Shown here: in pieces, positions 13,264 to 27,979 of the stretch
Numbering within the stretch: the stretch's first letter is position 1
Layout: every line of letters begins with the position of its first letter
NCBI GenBank assembly: GCA_964016885.1
Contig: OZ024741.1
Location: 144,460,001-144,524,000 of the forward strand
Direction: 5' to 3'
DNA length: 64,000 nt
Origin: Eledone cirrhosa
Lineage: Eukaryota
Notes under the pieces: model-generated
Database searches by the model: none
Seen by the model: the letters and a program-made list of their open reading frames with translations, nothing else
What the model was told of the DNA's origin: nothing
Program-made: the position numbers and the translations under genes

Positions 13264-13820
13264 AGTATGTAAGCACACATAGCTAGGTAGGTAACCAATT
13301 AAAGTTTAAGTAGAACTTCAAATATAGATACCTTTTAAAATGATTAATCTTCTTTGTATATATTTCTTTAAATAAAAAATATATTTCACCAATTAATCAG
13401 TAAATCACAGTAGTCAAATCCTGGATGGTCACCAAAGGAGAAGATACAACTATCTGCGTTTACAAAGCAAATGCAAATCTGCGAATGACTCGAAACACGT
13501 GTTGCATTTTAAAAAAAATACACACATCGCACAGTGTCATCCCAGTGGCGTGAATAGGATTATCGACAGCTAGAAAATGCAACAGGTGTTTCTAGTCATT
13601 CACAGATTTTCATTTGCTTTGTAAACGCAGATAGTTGTATCTTCTCCTTTGGTGACCATCCAGGATTTGACTACTGTGATTTACTGATTAATTGGTGAAA
13701 TATATTTTTTATTTAAAAAAATATATACAAAGGAGATTAATCATTTTAAAAGGTATGTATATTTGAAGTTCTAGTTAAACTTTAATTGGTTACCTACATA
13801 GCTATGTGTACTTACATACT
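13264..13820. repeat. Long inverted repeat (about 247-bp arms, about 62-bp spacer), MITE/fold-back-like
   Basis: 13264-13510 is the reverse complement of 13573-13820 with scattered mismatches. Confidence 0.9.
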
Positions 13821-13991
13821 TTACAAATTATTCCCTGTGATTGTTCCATATGTTTATTTTGTATATATGTATATGTCAATCTATTTCTAGTTGATATGAA
13901 ATGCTCGGATCTATTCATTGGAATCTTTGAGCTTATTCTGCAGTGGATATGGCGCATGTCTCTCAGACATGACAACCCTTAATTTAATTTT

Positions 13992-14051
<60 letters not shown>

Positions 14052-14219
14052 CGAAGGAAATGTGGTAAGGAACCAGATGGACCATAACGCACCAAAGTAC
14101 TCAATACTTAGGGTAGTAGAGTGTGTAATAGGAACGAGTAGGACCCCGACGGCTGAGCTCAAGCCGTTTCAACCGTGGTCGAAACGGCTTGAGCTCAGCC
14201 GTCGGGGTCCTACTCGTTC

Positions 14220-14263
<44 letters not shown>

Positions 14264-14264
<1 letters not shown>

Positions 14265-14450
14265 ACAAAATTTAATATAGGAATGTCTTCTATAGAACTA
14301 GAACTGTTTCATTCATTCCTGATGATTTCCTTCAAATGAAATAGTTCTAGTTCTGTAGAAGCCATTTCTATATTAAATTTGTTGTATCCGCTCTACTAAT
14401 GTATTGAGTAACTTACTTACTAAGGTTACCCCCGATTGAACCCGGGACTC
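14264..14450 (+). mobile_element. Fold-back mini-element with hammerhead core at its centre and a one-sided tail
   Basis: Arms about 14264-14313 and 14335-14385; CTGATGA 14319-14325, GAAA 14338-14341; tail CCGCTCT...TATTGAGTAAC. Confidence 0.7.
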
Positions 14451-14526
14451 ACACATACATGCACACACACACGCCCCCAACATAATAATATAAGGACGGA
14501 TGGTTACTCCTTCATTACGTTTATTG

Positions 14527-14618
14527 GTTTGTAACGCGCGTTTCGCTACTGATCAGCTCAAGGTTCATCTGTCTCGATCTAGCCCGATTCTGGAATCAAA
14601 AGCTCGTCGGACCTAAAC
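14527..14618 (-). ncRNA. Degenerate extended hammerhead (C4 variant)
   Basis: Minus strand: GTTTAGGT-CCGACGA-GCT..[59 nt]..AGC-GAAA-CGCGCG-TT^ACAAAC. Confidence 0.55.
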
Positions 14619-14673
14619 ATCGAGTGCTCCTCGAGTGCTCATTATTCTACAATAACTCCGCGTTACACCCCCT

Positions 14674-14763
<90 letters not shown>

Positions 14764-16602
14764 ATACGAGAGAGAGCTTATAATTGCAAAGAATTTATAG
14801 AGTTTGTAGGTTTTCTTAGTTTTTCACCAATGTTTAAAAGATGAGAGATAAATTTGCACTTGGATAGGAGGTTGTAAGTTGTCTCTTCTCCACAACAGAA
14901 ACAACTTGCTATCTATTCTCTACGATTTAGTAAACTGAAACAATATAAAAATAATTGTTTTGCCCTATAATACGTAGTGAAATGTCAGTAATGTCACGCG
15001 AACCCTTATTCCACGAGTCAGTATATCGAATACTTTATGCACACAAACACATATTCACATACACTCTCATGCACACAAGCATAGACACGTACACACTCTC
15101 TCTTCCTCATACTTTATTTCTCTCTCTTATACAAACAGGCTCTCTCTCCCTCTTTTTCTCATACACACACACGCACACACTTTCTCTCTCACACGCACCC
15201 TCTCTCTTACAGATACACACATTCTTCCTCTCACACACACATATACAGTCTTTCTTCCTCTTCATTTCTCTTTCGCTTTCAAATACACTCACATATACTT
15301 TCTCTTTCACACACGCACATTCCCCAAATACTCCGATACACACGCGTGCGCGCACATACACACACACACACACACGCACGAACGCACACACACACTCTCG
15401 CTCATACACACACACACTCTGTCTCTCACACACACACACACTCTTTTTACACAGAAAAATACCTACGAAAACAAATACACTATACTATAAAAATAGAATA
15501 TTTCAACATCTAGATATATTTGGATATCAGAAAAAGATTATTAGATTTGGTCATTATTCCAAATGAAAAGCTTTTATACCGATTATTATAGTCTCTCCGT
15601 CATTATTATTTCCATTATTATTTAAGACAACAAGAATGGTAAAGCGTGTCACAATTAATTTGATGAAATTAAATTTAAACTTAGAATCTTCATCCTCTAA
15701 CCACCTCCCTATTCACTGCTATCAGGGCGGAGTTGGCCACCTAGAGCAGTGAGCCCCACCAGTTGGGATGGCTATTTCAATGTGTCTCCATTGCTATCCT
15801 CTCAGATAACACTTTCTCTATTTTGTTCACTGAGACCATAAAGTAATTTGTATCCGGAGTTCAGCATATCGGAGAGCATTCCCCTACATTGTCAAACAAT
15901 TTTATTCCAAAGAGAATAATTTCATTACAGTAAATTTCTTTGGAGTTGAAAACTGGATCTTCCACAGAAAATTAGAGATTGGGTGTCATCAGTAATTATC
16001 CCAGACATTTAAGACATCCAGAGTGTTCTTTAAACGAGTTAATTCCTTATTTTATGAAATCTCTTGTGTTTCACTTACTTTCCTTTTCAGTTTCTTCATA
16101 TAGAATTTTATTCCTGTTGAAACCTCTATCTTTCTCCTTCTCTCTCTTCGTTCTGTCTGTCTGTTTGTCTGCCTGTTTCCATGACTGCCTCTCTGTACCC
16201 CCGCCTCTCTCTCGTATCATTAACAATATACCTCGAAATGAGAAAATGAAAATATCTCGTCCGAATCACCCTATTGCATCCTCCGCTTATATATACATAC
16301 ATTTATCTTTATAATAAAACGCGAGTGCCACGTCAAAATCAAGTTGATCTGTTTGGTGATTTTATATCTTCATAATCTCTCTCTGTCTCTCTCAGTATTG
16401 GCAAGATGATCATTGGTCCAAATAGTTGGTATCTATAGCTAGCCATCTTTGGACAATAAAAACATTTGTTTATCGCACTATCTATCTATCTACCTAGCGG
16501 AGTAAACTGGAGCAACGTAAAATAAAATCCGAACTCACAAACTTCCGATTGCAAGCCCAATGCTCAAACCACTAAGCCACGCGCCTTTAATGCGTATTAT
16601 GT

Positions 16603-16853
<251 letters not shown>

Positions 16854-17225
16854 GGTGCGCTTTCATCAGATAAAATATAATATAGATCAGTTTTATAAAC
16901 AAATATTGACATACCCTTAAAGAATGCAACCATGTCGGTTGGAAGCTCCCAACAAATTAAATATAACTTCTACATATATAGATATATATATGTGAAATGA
17001 TTTGCGATGTCACTGGTGCCAAGCTGCATTAGCCTTTGCCTTTCCCTTAGACAACATCGGTGGCATAACGCACCAGAGTACTCGATACTTAGAGTAGTAG
17101 AGTGGGTAATAGGAAAAGAATCAGGACCCCGACGGCTGAGCTCCGGCCGTTTCGGCAGCTAGATCCGAACAGTTCGGATCTAGCTGTCGAAAGGGCCGGA
17201 GCTCAGCCGTCGGGGTCCTGATTCT

Positions 17226-17304
<79 letters not shown>

Positions 17305-17688
17305 CGAAGGAGTTGTGGTAAGGAACCATATGCATAACGCACCAGAGTACTCAATAGTTAGGGTAGTAGAGTGGGTAATAGGAAAATGTATGACCCCGAC
17401 GGCAGAGCTCAAACCGTTTCGACGGCTATTTCAGTCCAGAAATAGCCGTCGAAACGGTTTGAGCTCTGCCGTCAGGGTCATACATTTTCCTATATATACA
17501 TACTTGTCTCACTCGCTTTACGCGTTTCACTTGTCCCAATAGCTTATTTTAGTTATTGCTCGCACCAACCTGAGGTATATGATTTTTAATGCGATGAAAT
17601 ACCAATGATCGTTGGCAAATCACTGATGAGAGACTATTTTATAATATGTATTCCATGTGCAACCATGCAGTATTCTTCTCCCCATGTT

Positions 17689-17800
<112 letters not shown>

Positions 17801-18539
17801 GAATAAAAAAAATGTTTATTTCTTTTTTATTCATTTCTCACTATCTAATTTTTTATAAATATATTTTTTTATTTTCATTGTCTCCTCCCGCTTGACTTAC
17901 CTATTCTTTAAACTCCCCTCCCCCTCTTCTCCAGAACAATTTTTCGACTTTTCATACACTATCCTTAGAATCTGCTGTATAGATTTCACTTTCAACGCCT
18001 GACTGGCTTTAATCACTCCCCCATTGTTCTACCGGCAAGTTCAGCCACCCCTACCTCCCACCAAATGCTATGATAGATTTATTTGTGTTTACAACAAATT
18101 TTTGACCAATCCCCTTGACAACTACAATCTTCCTATATAAGGAAGTACCCCTTGATAAGTTCGGCTATTTTTATTTACCAGGCTAAAAATTCTAATTTAG
18201 TCCAGAAATAGTTGTCGAAACGGCTTGAGCTCTGCCGTCGGGGTCATAGTTTTTCCTATATATATATATACATACATATGTATACATATATATATATTAG
18301 GTAGTAACATGTGCTTATGCCCTATTTGACTAAGTAGAATTAGTCTGTTAGTGATGAAGCTGTGTTCTATTTTGATAACTTTCTGTATTTAAAGACTTTA
18401 TAACTAATTTAACTAATTTATTTAATATAGAACAAAATCTGGATGAATTACATGAAACAATCTACAAATATATGTAAAATATAAAGCAAGTTCACGTAGA
18501 TTAGAAATATATAAAGAGAAACAGAGAGAGAAAAAGCTG

Positions 18540-18860
18540 TGTAAGCGGTTGAGTAGCAATTCGTAACCTGTATATAATCTTGCATTTGTGTAGTCCCGAA
18601 ATTGTACATCAATATACACTCTTGACAGGTGCGATGTTTCCGAACACAGAAGAGCCGAACTCCCACCGTCATCGCCCCCATCTCTCTGTATAGTGAGCAA
18701 ATGGGGTCCCATGTGTTGGCTGACCCACAGTCCCAGCGGACAGAATGGAGAAGGCGTTTCCTAGGAGAATGATAAGGGAGATGCGCTGGAAGAGCCATTC
18801 CATCTCGCGAGGCTCTGGAATTAAAAAAGCCCTCTGAATGTTACTACTAATTTTCAAATT
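18540..18860 (-). mobile_element. CRE-clade non-LTR retrotransposon 3' fragment
   Basis: EPREMEWLFQRISLIILLGNAFSIL resembles the CRE RLE C-terminal motif (FQR.S.A..RGNA.SI). Confidence 0.7.
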
Positions 18861-18899
18861 CGCTAGCCATTTGTAAACAAAGCCTGCGTTGTCTCCCTA

Positions 18900-18939
<40 letters not shown>

Positions 18940-18944
<5 letters not shown>

Positions 18945-19844
18945 TAATAAAATAATGAATAAACAAAGAAACAGTTCCTTATATTAAAAAATTCATCATT
19001 TTACGATCGTTTCTAGGATATATATGTTAGTGTTGGTATGCATATCCTACAGATCTATGTAAAATTTTTACAAACTATCAGAGGGAATATACATACCTAC
19101 ACATATATATGCTGTCTTCAGAAATAATGATATTTGTTTATTAAAAAAAACCAACAAAGATTTAATACAATAGGTCTGTTTGGGAACAGGTTTTGAATTG
19201 ACCAATAGAAAGGTAGTGAAGGTCAAGATGGTAAAATAGTAGGAAAAGAACCTTAATTTATGGGTAGAGGAAGGTAGATTTCAGTTTTGGATGGAAAGAA
19301 TATTATGAAAGAAAGATTATTTTAGGGATGAAAATAGGTCATATGCTGACCTCAGAAATAATTATATTTGTTCATTGAATAAAACCAACAAAGATTTAAT
19401 ATAGTAGATCTGTTTGGGAACAGGTTTTGAATTGACCAATAGAAAGGTAATAATTGGCCAAATGGTAAAATAGTAGTAATGGAAGTTTATTTTAGGGGTA
19501 GAAGAAGGCAGATTTCAGTTTTGAATGGAAGGAGTATGAAAAATGAAAAGGTTATTTTAGGGGTGAAAATAGGTTAGGTCAGTAAAAAGTACACGAAAAG
19601 TTGCTGTTATAAAAGAATAATGCCAATGTAAATATCTAAGGAGACTAAAATTTTACGATAAAAGTGTTAGTGAAAAAAATATATATGGAATTTACATCTA
19701 TGAAAAGAATATAAATTAATTTAATTGATGGGTATATTTATATTGATAAAATTATATTAATGCATATAGATATGATAAATAAGAGTTAGATGTAATTGAA
19801 GAGTGCTGTTAAAGACGAGGGGAAATTAAAAAAATATATAAAAA

Positions 19845-19901
<57 letters not shown>

Positions 19902-20927
19902 TTGGGGGTGGGGGAGTTAAATTTATTAGTGAGAAATAATAAATATATAGAGATTTCAAGGAACATAGAATCATAACCTGAAATTAAAACATTATATATC
20001 TTTACTTAATGGTATCAATTTTAGGAAAAGATAGTTGTAAGAAGGAAAGTAAAATTATGTAGTTCATCAGTAGTAGAATATTAATTATAGGTTAACTAAA
20101 TTAAAAAAAGTTTTTATATTAATTTCTAAAATGTATATTAATTAGGTTTATAATATTTAAAGGTTTTTCTCAGTTTATGATTACACGATATTATTAATTC
20201 CTGTCGCTTATTTAATAGGATATCCTTAGATTTCATTATTTCAAAAAGTTCTTAGGAACACAATCTACATTCATATCTATTATTTTGATAAGGGGTGGCC
20301 CTTTTGAGCACACTCCAGGTCAGGTCATAATCTATATTCCTCTTTCTATAATTATTAAATATTTTAGCTAGAGATGTATTAGCTAATGCGGCATTTATAA
20401 AACTATGTTTGTGGGTATTAAATCTTACTTTAAATTGGTTAGAGGCAGCTCCTATATATGAATAATTGAGTCCTTAGTGTTAACTTTACATTTATATACT
20501 ATGTTATTAACAAGGCAATTTCCTTTTAATGGGCAGTTTGCTTTGTTTCTACAGTTACAACTTTTCGTGAATCCTGTATCAGAGGTGATATTATGGTTAG
20601 TTTGATGTACTGGTGGTATACTCATGGTTTTTTTTACATGTATATGCATTGTAGGCACTTATATTTTGTTTTATGTTTTTGGTTTTTTAGTAGGAGAATT
20701 TAACCGTTGATCTATTTAAAATTTGATGGTATACCACCAGTACATCAAACTAACCATAATATGAGTATACCACCAGTACATCAAACTAACCATAATATCT
20801 TGACTCTGTTTTCCGTTATTTTTCACCGAAAAAATTTTTTGAATACATCTTCTCTTTTCATGATATTCGGATTACATTGAGTTCTTCATACGGATTGGAC
20901 ACTACCGTACATTTTGGTAGATTTATC

Positions 20928-20930
<3 letters not shown>
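18940..20930 (-). mobile_element. PLE family B, 5'-truncated copy (GIY-YIG, 3' UTR/pLTR) with inverted tail at about 20795-20930
   Basis: CNCRNKANCPLKGNCLVNNIVYKC in ORF 20452-20658; hammerhead 18993-19130; tail homologous to 27370-27500. Confidence 0.85.
18993..19130 (-). ncRNA. Type-I hammerhead with about 100-nt helix-II region
   Basis: Minus strand: TCATTATTT-CTGAAGA-cagcATATATA...TATATccta-GAAA-CGATCG-TA^AAATGATGA. Confidence 0.8.
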
Positions 20931-21005
<75 letters not shown>

Positions 21006-21371
21006 TACACAAACAAAATAGTTTTTAAAAATGAACTAAATAAAAATAAACATTAGTATTTAGTTTAGTAATGATATATTGTATTTTTAGACCGATTGTC
21101 GATTTGCTTTTAACAGAATTACCAAGTTCACATTTAAGCATGCAAATACGAGAAGTAAAGTAATTTTGCTAATGTACTATTTCGTTATATAACATTGCAC
21201 ACGACTAAACAGCCAATATCAAGGCTAAGAGAAAGCACCATTTTAATCTTCAATTATAACATCCTGCTCGATATTCATTGAGTGCCTTTAGCGGAGTACT
21301 TTGTTGCGTGCCTTCAAGGTATGTGTGTGTGTGTGTGTGTGTATGTGTGTGTGTGTGTATGCGTATGTATT

Positions 21372-21690
21372 GGACCTCTGTCGGTTCCGACTACGAGTGT
21401 TCTAGCTGCTCGATCAACGGAACAACATGCTCGGAAAATTAACGTTCAAGCGACTGAGCTTTCAGCAGATACGTGTATCCTTAACGTAGTTCTGATAGAA
21501 ATGTAGCGTGGCACAGCGCGAGACAATGGTAGCCCTTTGAATTACAGGTGCAACACATTATTTTCGGGCTGATTGGATTGGAAGAATGTGAAATAAAGTA
21601 GTCTTGCTCAAGGATACAACGTACCGCCAGTAATCGAATTCACGACCTAAAGATCGTGAGCTGAACACCCAAAGCCAAGCATCTTTACAC
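21372..21690 (-). mobile_element. tRNA-derived SINE family 2. Related pieces: about 16497-16586, 52110-52330, 52980-53200, 56790-56931
   Basis: Shared GTGAAATAAAGTGTCTTGCTCAAGG and GAGAACTACGTTAAGG segments; tRNA-like head GGCGTGTGGCTGAGTGGTTAGAG...GAGTTCGATTCC at 56860-56920. Confidence 0.75.
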
Positions 21691-22440
21691 AGGGACAGGT
21701 ATTTGGCCAAAAATAAGCTCCTCTTTTCCTTACACTATTTTCTGAGACACTCGAAGGATCATGGACACTGTCTTTCTTCTCTTTACTGAACGATAACATT
21801 TTGCAGACTTGTCTACGAGGCGCAGCCCCAACACCATCGCGCCCTAGGCTCAGAACTCATCACCCTCTCCTCTTCTCCTTCCCATTATTCTATGGCTCTA
21901 GAGCTCTTGTTTTTCCCTTCCTTTTCCGCTTGTAAATATTTGTAGTGTTTTTCTAATTATTTCATAGTCATTCATTCATGTAGTCTTCTTTTTCATATTT
22001 CTTTATCTTTTGAAAATTAAATATCTTGTTACATGTAAAATGTAAAGAGACGATAAGAATAATATTTTGTTATGAAATCTATGCAATAAAAACACAGCTT
22101 TTGCATTGAGATTTTATTTAAAAAAAAAAATAATGCTTGAGGGTGAAAATAGTGCTGAGGTGGAATGCCTTGCCTCATTAACTTTCGGTCCTTTGCCTTC
22201 TGAGTTAAAATCACGCCAGCGTCGATTTCTCCTTTCATCTTTTTGGGAGTTCGATCAAATAAATACCAGCTGTGTAACGTGGTCGATATAATCCAATATT
22301 TCTTAACCCCAAATCAATGGCACTGATCTCCCTCTCCTTTTGATGGATACCTTTCGTCATTGAGCGGTTAATCAGTTGACTATGTTCACTCTCGTACGTG
22401 GGATTAATAAATCAATAAGTGGTAGTAGTAGTAGTAGTAT

Positions 22441-22485
<45 letters not shown>

Positions 22486-23319
22486 CAGCAGTTTCTAAGT
22501 TTTATCACATTACCAGAAATTTGGGGAGGGTGGAAGTCGATTACGTCGACCCCAGTACTTGAGTGGCATTTATGGAGCCTGGGAAGATGAAGAGTATAGT
22601 TAACCTCGGCTGGGTTTGAACTCACAACGTAAACTGCCGTAACTAAGTGTTACCAACGATTCTGGTCATCTAGCTAATTGGTCGTAGCAATAATAAGTGG
22701 AAGAAGAATGAGAAGAAGAAAGAATGTTGTTTTATTTATTTGCCACTAGGCTCATTCATGCATACAAAACGTGTTACGAAAATAGGTTTACAGGGTGTGC
22801 TGGTGTGTACAAATACAATTATATAAGAACAGGGATTGGGGAAAGTATGTTAGACAGTATACGTTATATATGATATATACTAAACTAATGTGTATGTGTG
22901 TGAGTGGGCGCGCGCCCGCGTGTGTTGTTTGTGTGTGTATGCGTTTAATGGAGAGAGATAGAGTTTGTTCACAATTTTTAAACTTAACGTATATTTGATA
23001 ATGGTGATAAGAGGTTTGTTTGTGTCGTTCTCACTGGCCTTCTTTAAAAACAATTGTTCTCAAGTTTCATAACTGGAGCGAGAATGTTTCTTTAAGCATG
23101 AAAAGGTAAGACAAGAAGTAAGAGTATCAATCCACCTGCGTAATAAAGAAACATTACTTCAGAATTATGTTAATGGGATCTATATAGGTGTATGAGATTC
23201 GATGTGATGTAATGTGTACTTGTTTGTTTTGAGTGTGTATATGTGTATGTATATGTGTGTGTATATGTGTGTGCAATTGTGTGTGAAACAGTATGAATGT
23301 ATATAGTAGCTTTAATACG

Positions 23320-23357
<38 letters not shown>

Positions 23358-23676
23358 ATGGGAAATATTTCACCAATGACAGACCTCGTGGCCTATTTTA
23401 CTTCCTCTTTTATTTATTTATTTTACGAGGGATGTAACTCTCTTTCTCGTGTTTTCTTTCTCTCCCCCCTCTCTCTTAACAAGAAATATCTGCTTGTCTG
23501 AATGTCTACCTTTCCCTCTTTCTCTCGCTCTCTTTCTTATATATATATAAAGAGAGAGAGAGAGAGGGAGAGAGAGAGAGAGAAAGAAAGAAAAAGAGAT
23601 GAGGAGGAGAAAGCAAGATGTATCTATTTGTATATATGTGTTTGTATATATATATATGTATATATACATGTATATG

Positions 23677-23747
<71 letters not shown>

Positions 23748-23814
23748 ATTTTCCTATATATATATATAAGTTAAAACAATGAAATAAAAAATCAAGTCAT
23801 TAGAAATATACTTC

Positions 23815-23954
23815 ACTGCTTTACGATCGTTTCTAGGTGATCATAATACATCGAAACTATACTTCGTTATCGATCTATGTAAGGTTAGTTACAAAATATC
23901 AGATAAGGAGAATATTTACTTACATGCATATCACCAGCTGTTGTCAAAAGCAAT
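23815..23954 (-). ncRNA. Type-I hammerhead, U3:A8 core variant, extended helix II
   Basis: Minus strand: ATTGCTT-TTGACAA-cagcTGGTGAT...ATCACCta-GAAA-CGATCG-TA^AAGCAGT. Confidence 0.72.
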
Positions 23955-24329
23955 AATAATTTTATTCAAAATTAGTAGTAAATTAGTATTATGTTTAGTT
24001 CTATGACCTTAGTTGGAGGTAGCTGAAGAACAAACCAATCAGATTGTTTTTTTCTATATGATGTTAAAAAGAAAAATAATTCATTTTAGTTGAGGTCAGG
24101 ACCCTTTGAAAGGAATGGTTGAATGGTGTTAATAATAGAATTGCCATAAAAAAATCTATTAGGTAGAAAGGGATTATCAAATTGATAGTTGAATGTATAT
24201 GGTATAGTAAAGTTTAAAGGGAATGTAAAAATTAAATGTTGTGTTGTGTTGTATGGAGTTTTTAGGTGAATATAAATTAAGGTCATGGCTAGGAAAGATA
24301 GTATATTAAAAGATGAAAATTATAATAAG

Positions 24330-24515
24330 ATAATTGTTTCTACTTTAGGCACAAGGCCAGCAATTACCCAGTGAATTACTGGTACTTTATTTTATCGACC
24401 CCGTAAGGATGAAAGGCAAAGTTAACCTCGGTGGGATTTGAACTCAGAATGGCAAGGGCCGTAACTCTATGCGTCAAAGCATGGCGTCCGACCCTCTACC
24501 GATACTGCCAATCCA
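24330..24515 (-). mobile_element. SINE family 1, young copy. Similar copies: 40413-40600 (-), 42190-42412 (+), 47031-47198 (-), 60529-60713 (+); older or partial 22492-22660, 30330-30468, 51485-51606, 60300-60408
   Basis: Near-identical to the reverse complement of 60529-60713; A/B-box-like head. Confidence 0.92.
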
Positions 24516-24922
24516 CATAATATAACAATATAGTACGGTGTGGTAAATTGTACTTAGTATAATATAGCGTATGATACGCCTTAAAATACTTTCAAGTATG
24601 TCTATGTATAAATAATCAAACCCAGATAAATACATGTTGACATAGTCAAAACGCATAAATTTCATAGATCACAAAGTGTATATACCCACATTATAGATAG
24701 AGGTATAGTTATATTGATACTCAATTAAAAATATACATACGCATAAATAGATGTAAACATATACATACATCTACACATGTGCACACAATCATATACACAT
24801 ATATCCATATATATATTTACATATACACACCTATACACACATATATATATGTATGTACACACACATACATATACACACACACATAAACACTCATACACAT
24901 ATACTCGCATATATACACATAT

Positions 24923-25056
<134 letters not shown>

Positions 25057-27925
25057 CCATATCATACATACATAGATACATATTTACTCATGCAATTACG
25101 GGTGGTTGTGTACCTTATTGCCCTTAGTCATTAACGCATAAATCTAAGGAAGCTAAAATATTAAAAGGTAAGAAACAAGCACGAATGCGTATAATTAGGG
25201 GAAAGGGATACTAACAAATGTTACGCTATATAGAATTATAGTGAGTTGCTATTTAGAATATTTAATTAGGTTTATAGTATTTAAATGTTTTTCGTATACG
25301 GTGATTACAAACTATAATCAGTTCCTGTCTTTTATTCAATAAATCGTCCTTAGATTTAGTAATTTCCAAGATCTCACCTGAACATAACCTGCATTCTCTC
25401 CTGTTTCCAAGATATGGAGCTCTTTGTAGAATGGTGTTCCACGATAGCTTGAAATCTATTTTTTTCTTTTTATAGTTATTTACTGCTTCAGCTAAAGATG
25501 TGGTGTTAGCTAGTTTAGTATTGTTAAAACTACTAGAGTGTGCGTAAAGTCTTTTCTTAAATGTGTTTGATGTAGATCCTATATATGTTTTATTGGAGTC
25601 AGTTATAGACACAGTGCATTTATATATTACATCATTAATCAAACAGTTGCCATTTAAGGGGCAAATGCTTCTATTTCTGCAATTACAACCATACGTAAGA
25701 TGGTTGTTGTGGGTACCTATACCATTCTCAATAATCCTTGAGCTATTTATATTGTAATTAATGTTAGCGGGAGAATGAAGGTTGCTTTGTGGGTGTTTTA
25801 GTGCTAGGGTTGTATTGTGATTTTGTGTTCTGTTGTTTTTGTGTTGGTGATTTGGGTGGTTGTGTTTTCCAGGTTGAAGGATTTTATTATTTGTCCTTTT
25901 AAAAGGTGCAATCCTATTTAAATTATGTTGTGGTGGTGTGGTCATATTATTTTTAAATTTATAAATGTTGTAGTTGCTTATTTTTTGCTGGAGATTGTTT
26001 GATGTAGAGTATGAGAATTTAACAGTATATCTATTAAATATTTGGTGGTATCTGTGGTTTGGTGGAAAATGTTTATGTAGAATTTCGAAGAATATTTTTG
26101 GGATTTGTCCAATAGTTTGCAGGTTGAAGGGTGCGTTGTACCATGTTATGTTTCTTTTGCGGTTTTTAGTTAAGTTCTTATTACCACTTATATTATTGTG
26201 CTGTGTTCTAGAATAGTTCCTATGGTTAGTATCCGTATTTGTGGAATTTGGTAAACTACCGTGGTTGTATTTGGTGTTATTATTGGGTAGATTATGAGAT
26301 TTTGAATGCTTGGTATTCATATATACATGGTCATAGATCGTGTAGTAATAGTTGTTGTGGTTTTTCGGTTGTTTGATGTAACAGGAATAACTTTAGGTAT
26401 TTGTATAACTTTAGGTATTTGTTTCAATGGTATTTTGCTAGGTTTTATATTTTGGTCCATAGTAGTGTTGGGGATATATGAGATTTTTTCTTTATATCCA
26501 CTTCTAGTTAAAGCCTCGTTGTAGAAAGGTGCATTATTATAAAATATATCTTCATTGGAAGATAATTTAGAAAGTCTACGAGATATGTTATATACTAAGT
26601 TTTTGAGTATAGAGCCAGGGTGGTTAGAGCGTGAATGTACATAGTGTAGATTCTGGTTGGGTTTGTGGCAAGGTTGATAAATATTCGTAGAGAGGTCTAA
26701 GGTAACGTCAAGGAAATTAGCTACTTTGAAGTGTTTTCAAAGGTGATGTTAAGGTTGTAGTAGTCCTTGAGAAATTTTCTAATTTGTTTTTTGTTTTTCT
26801 CTATATTGGAATTGCTAAGATTGTTAGATAACAATAGACAATCATCCCGATAAAGACCACCTTTGAGGTGGGGAAAAGAGGAATGAATATTATAGAGGAG
26901 AAATAGTCCAACGAGGTCTGTAACTTGAGAAGAGTCCATGGATCCCATCGTAATATCTAATAAGTTGTTATATGTGTTTCTTGTCCAGTGTTCTTCTTGG
27001 AAGTTTAGTAAGGTTTTTCTAGCGTGAGTTATGATGTTGATTTCCTCAGTAGATAAATCCGATCTATTTCTGGCGAAGGTCAGTGCTTTGTTTAAAAGAA
27101 TTGGAGAAATCGAAGAATAGTGAGAATATATGTCGAATTGATGCTAGTGAACCATTCAATAACTTAGGAAGTGTTATCCCATAATGGAGTGTTACACATT
27201 TTCTAATTTGCGGAATGATTCGATCAATAATTTTCTTGCTGATATCAGATTTTGATGGGCATATCAGTCTAATAGATGGGTTCGAATTAAAGTCAGATTT
27301 ATGGTCCTTCAGGTTGAAGTGTGGGCTTTCTAATGAATTGATTTTTTATTTCATTGTTTTAACTTATATCATGACTCTGTTTTCCTTTTAATGTTTTATT
27401 GTTTTCCGGGATTTATTTTAACCTACAACATTTTCAACATATGGATTACATTGAGTTCTTCATGCAGACTAGACTCCACAACTTACCGTGGATATCTCAG
27501 TATATATATATATATTTATATATATATATATAGGAAAATGTTTAACCCCGACGGCAGAACTCAAGCCGTTTTGACGGCTATTTCTGGACTAGTCTACTTG
27601 TCTACTGAACTATTTCTACTTGACCGGCAACCGCTCTGTATAATCAGTTCCTGATTATTACTTGAATTCTGTAAGAATCAAACATTCATGATTTTCAGCA
27701 AACAGGAGGAGTAGTTAGCTTTGATAAGCATAAAAAAAAAATGCGAAACAGAGCTCTGTCAGCTTTATCTCCCCTGTTTGCTGAAAATTAAAGTAAGTGA
27801 GACTGTCACTAATCTAAAACAATAGCATAAGGTCTTCGAAATGCTTTTAATTAAGCATACAGTGTATTGCAAAATACACTATATATACATTCATATATAT
27901 ATATCGCTATTCAAAGCACCAATTT

Positions 27926-27959
<34 letters not shown>

Positions 27960-27979
<20 letters not shown>

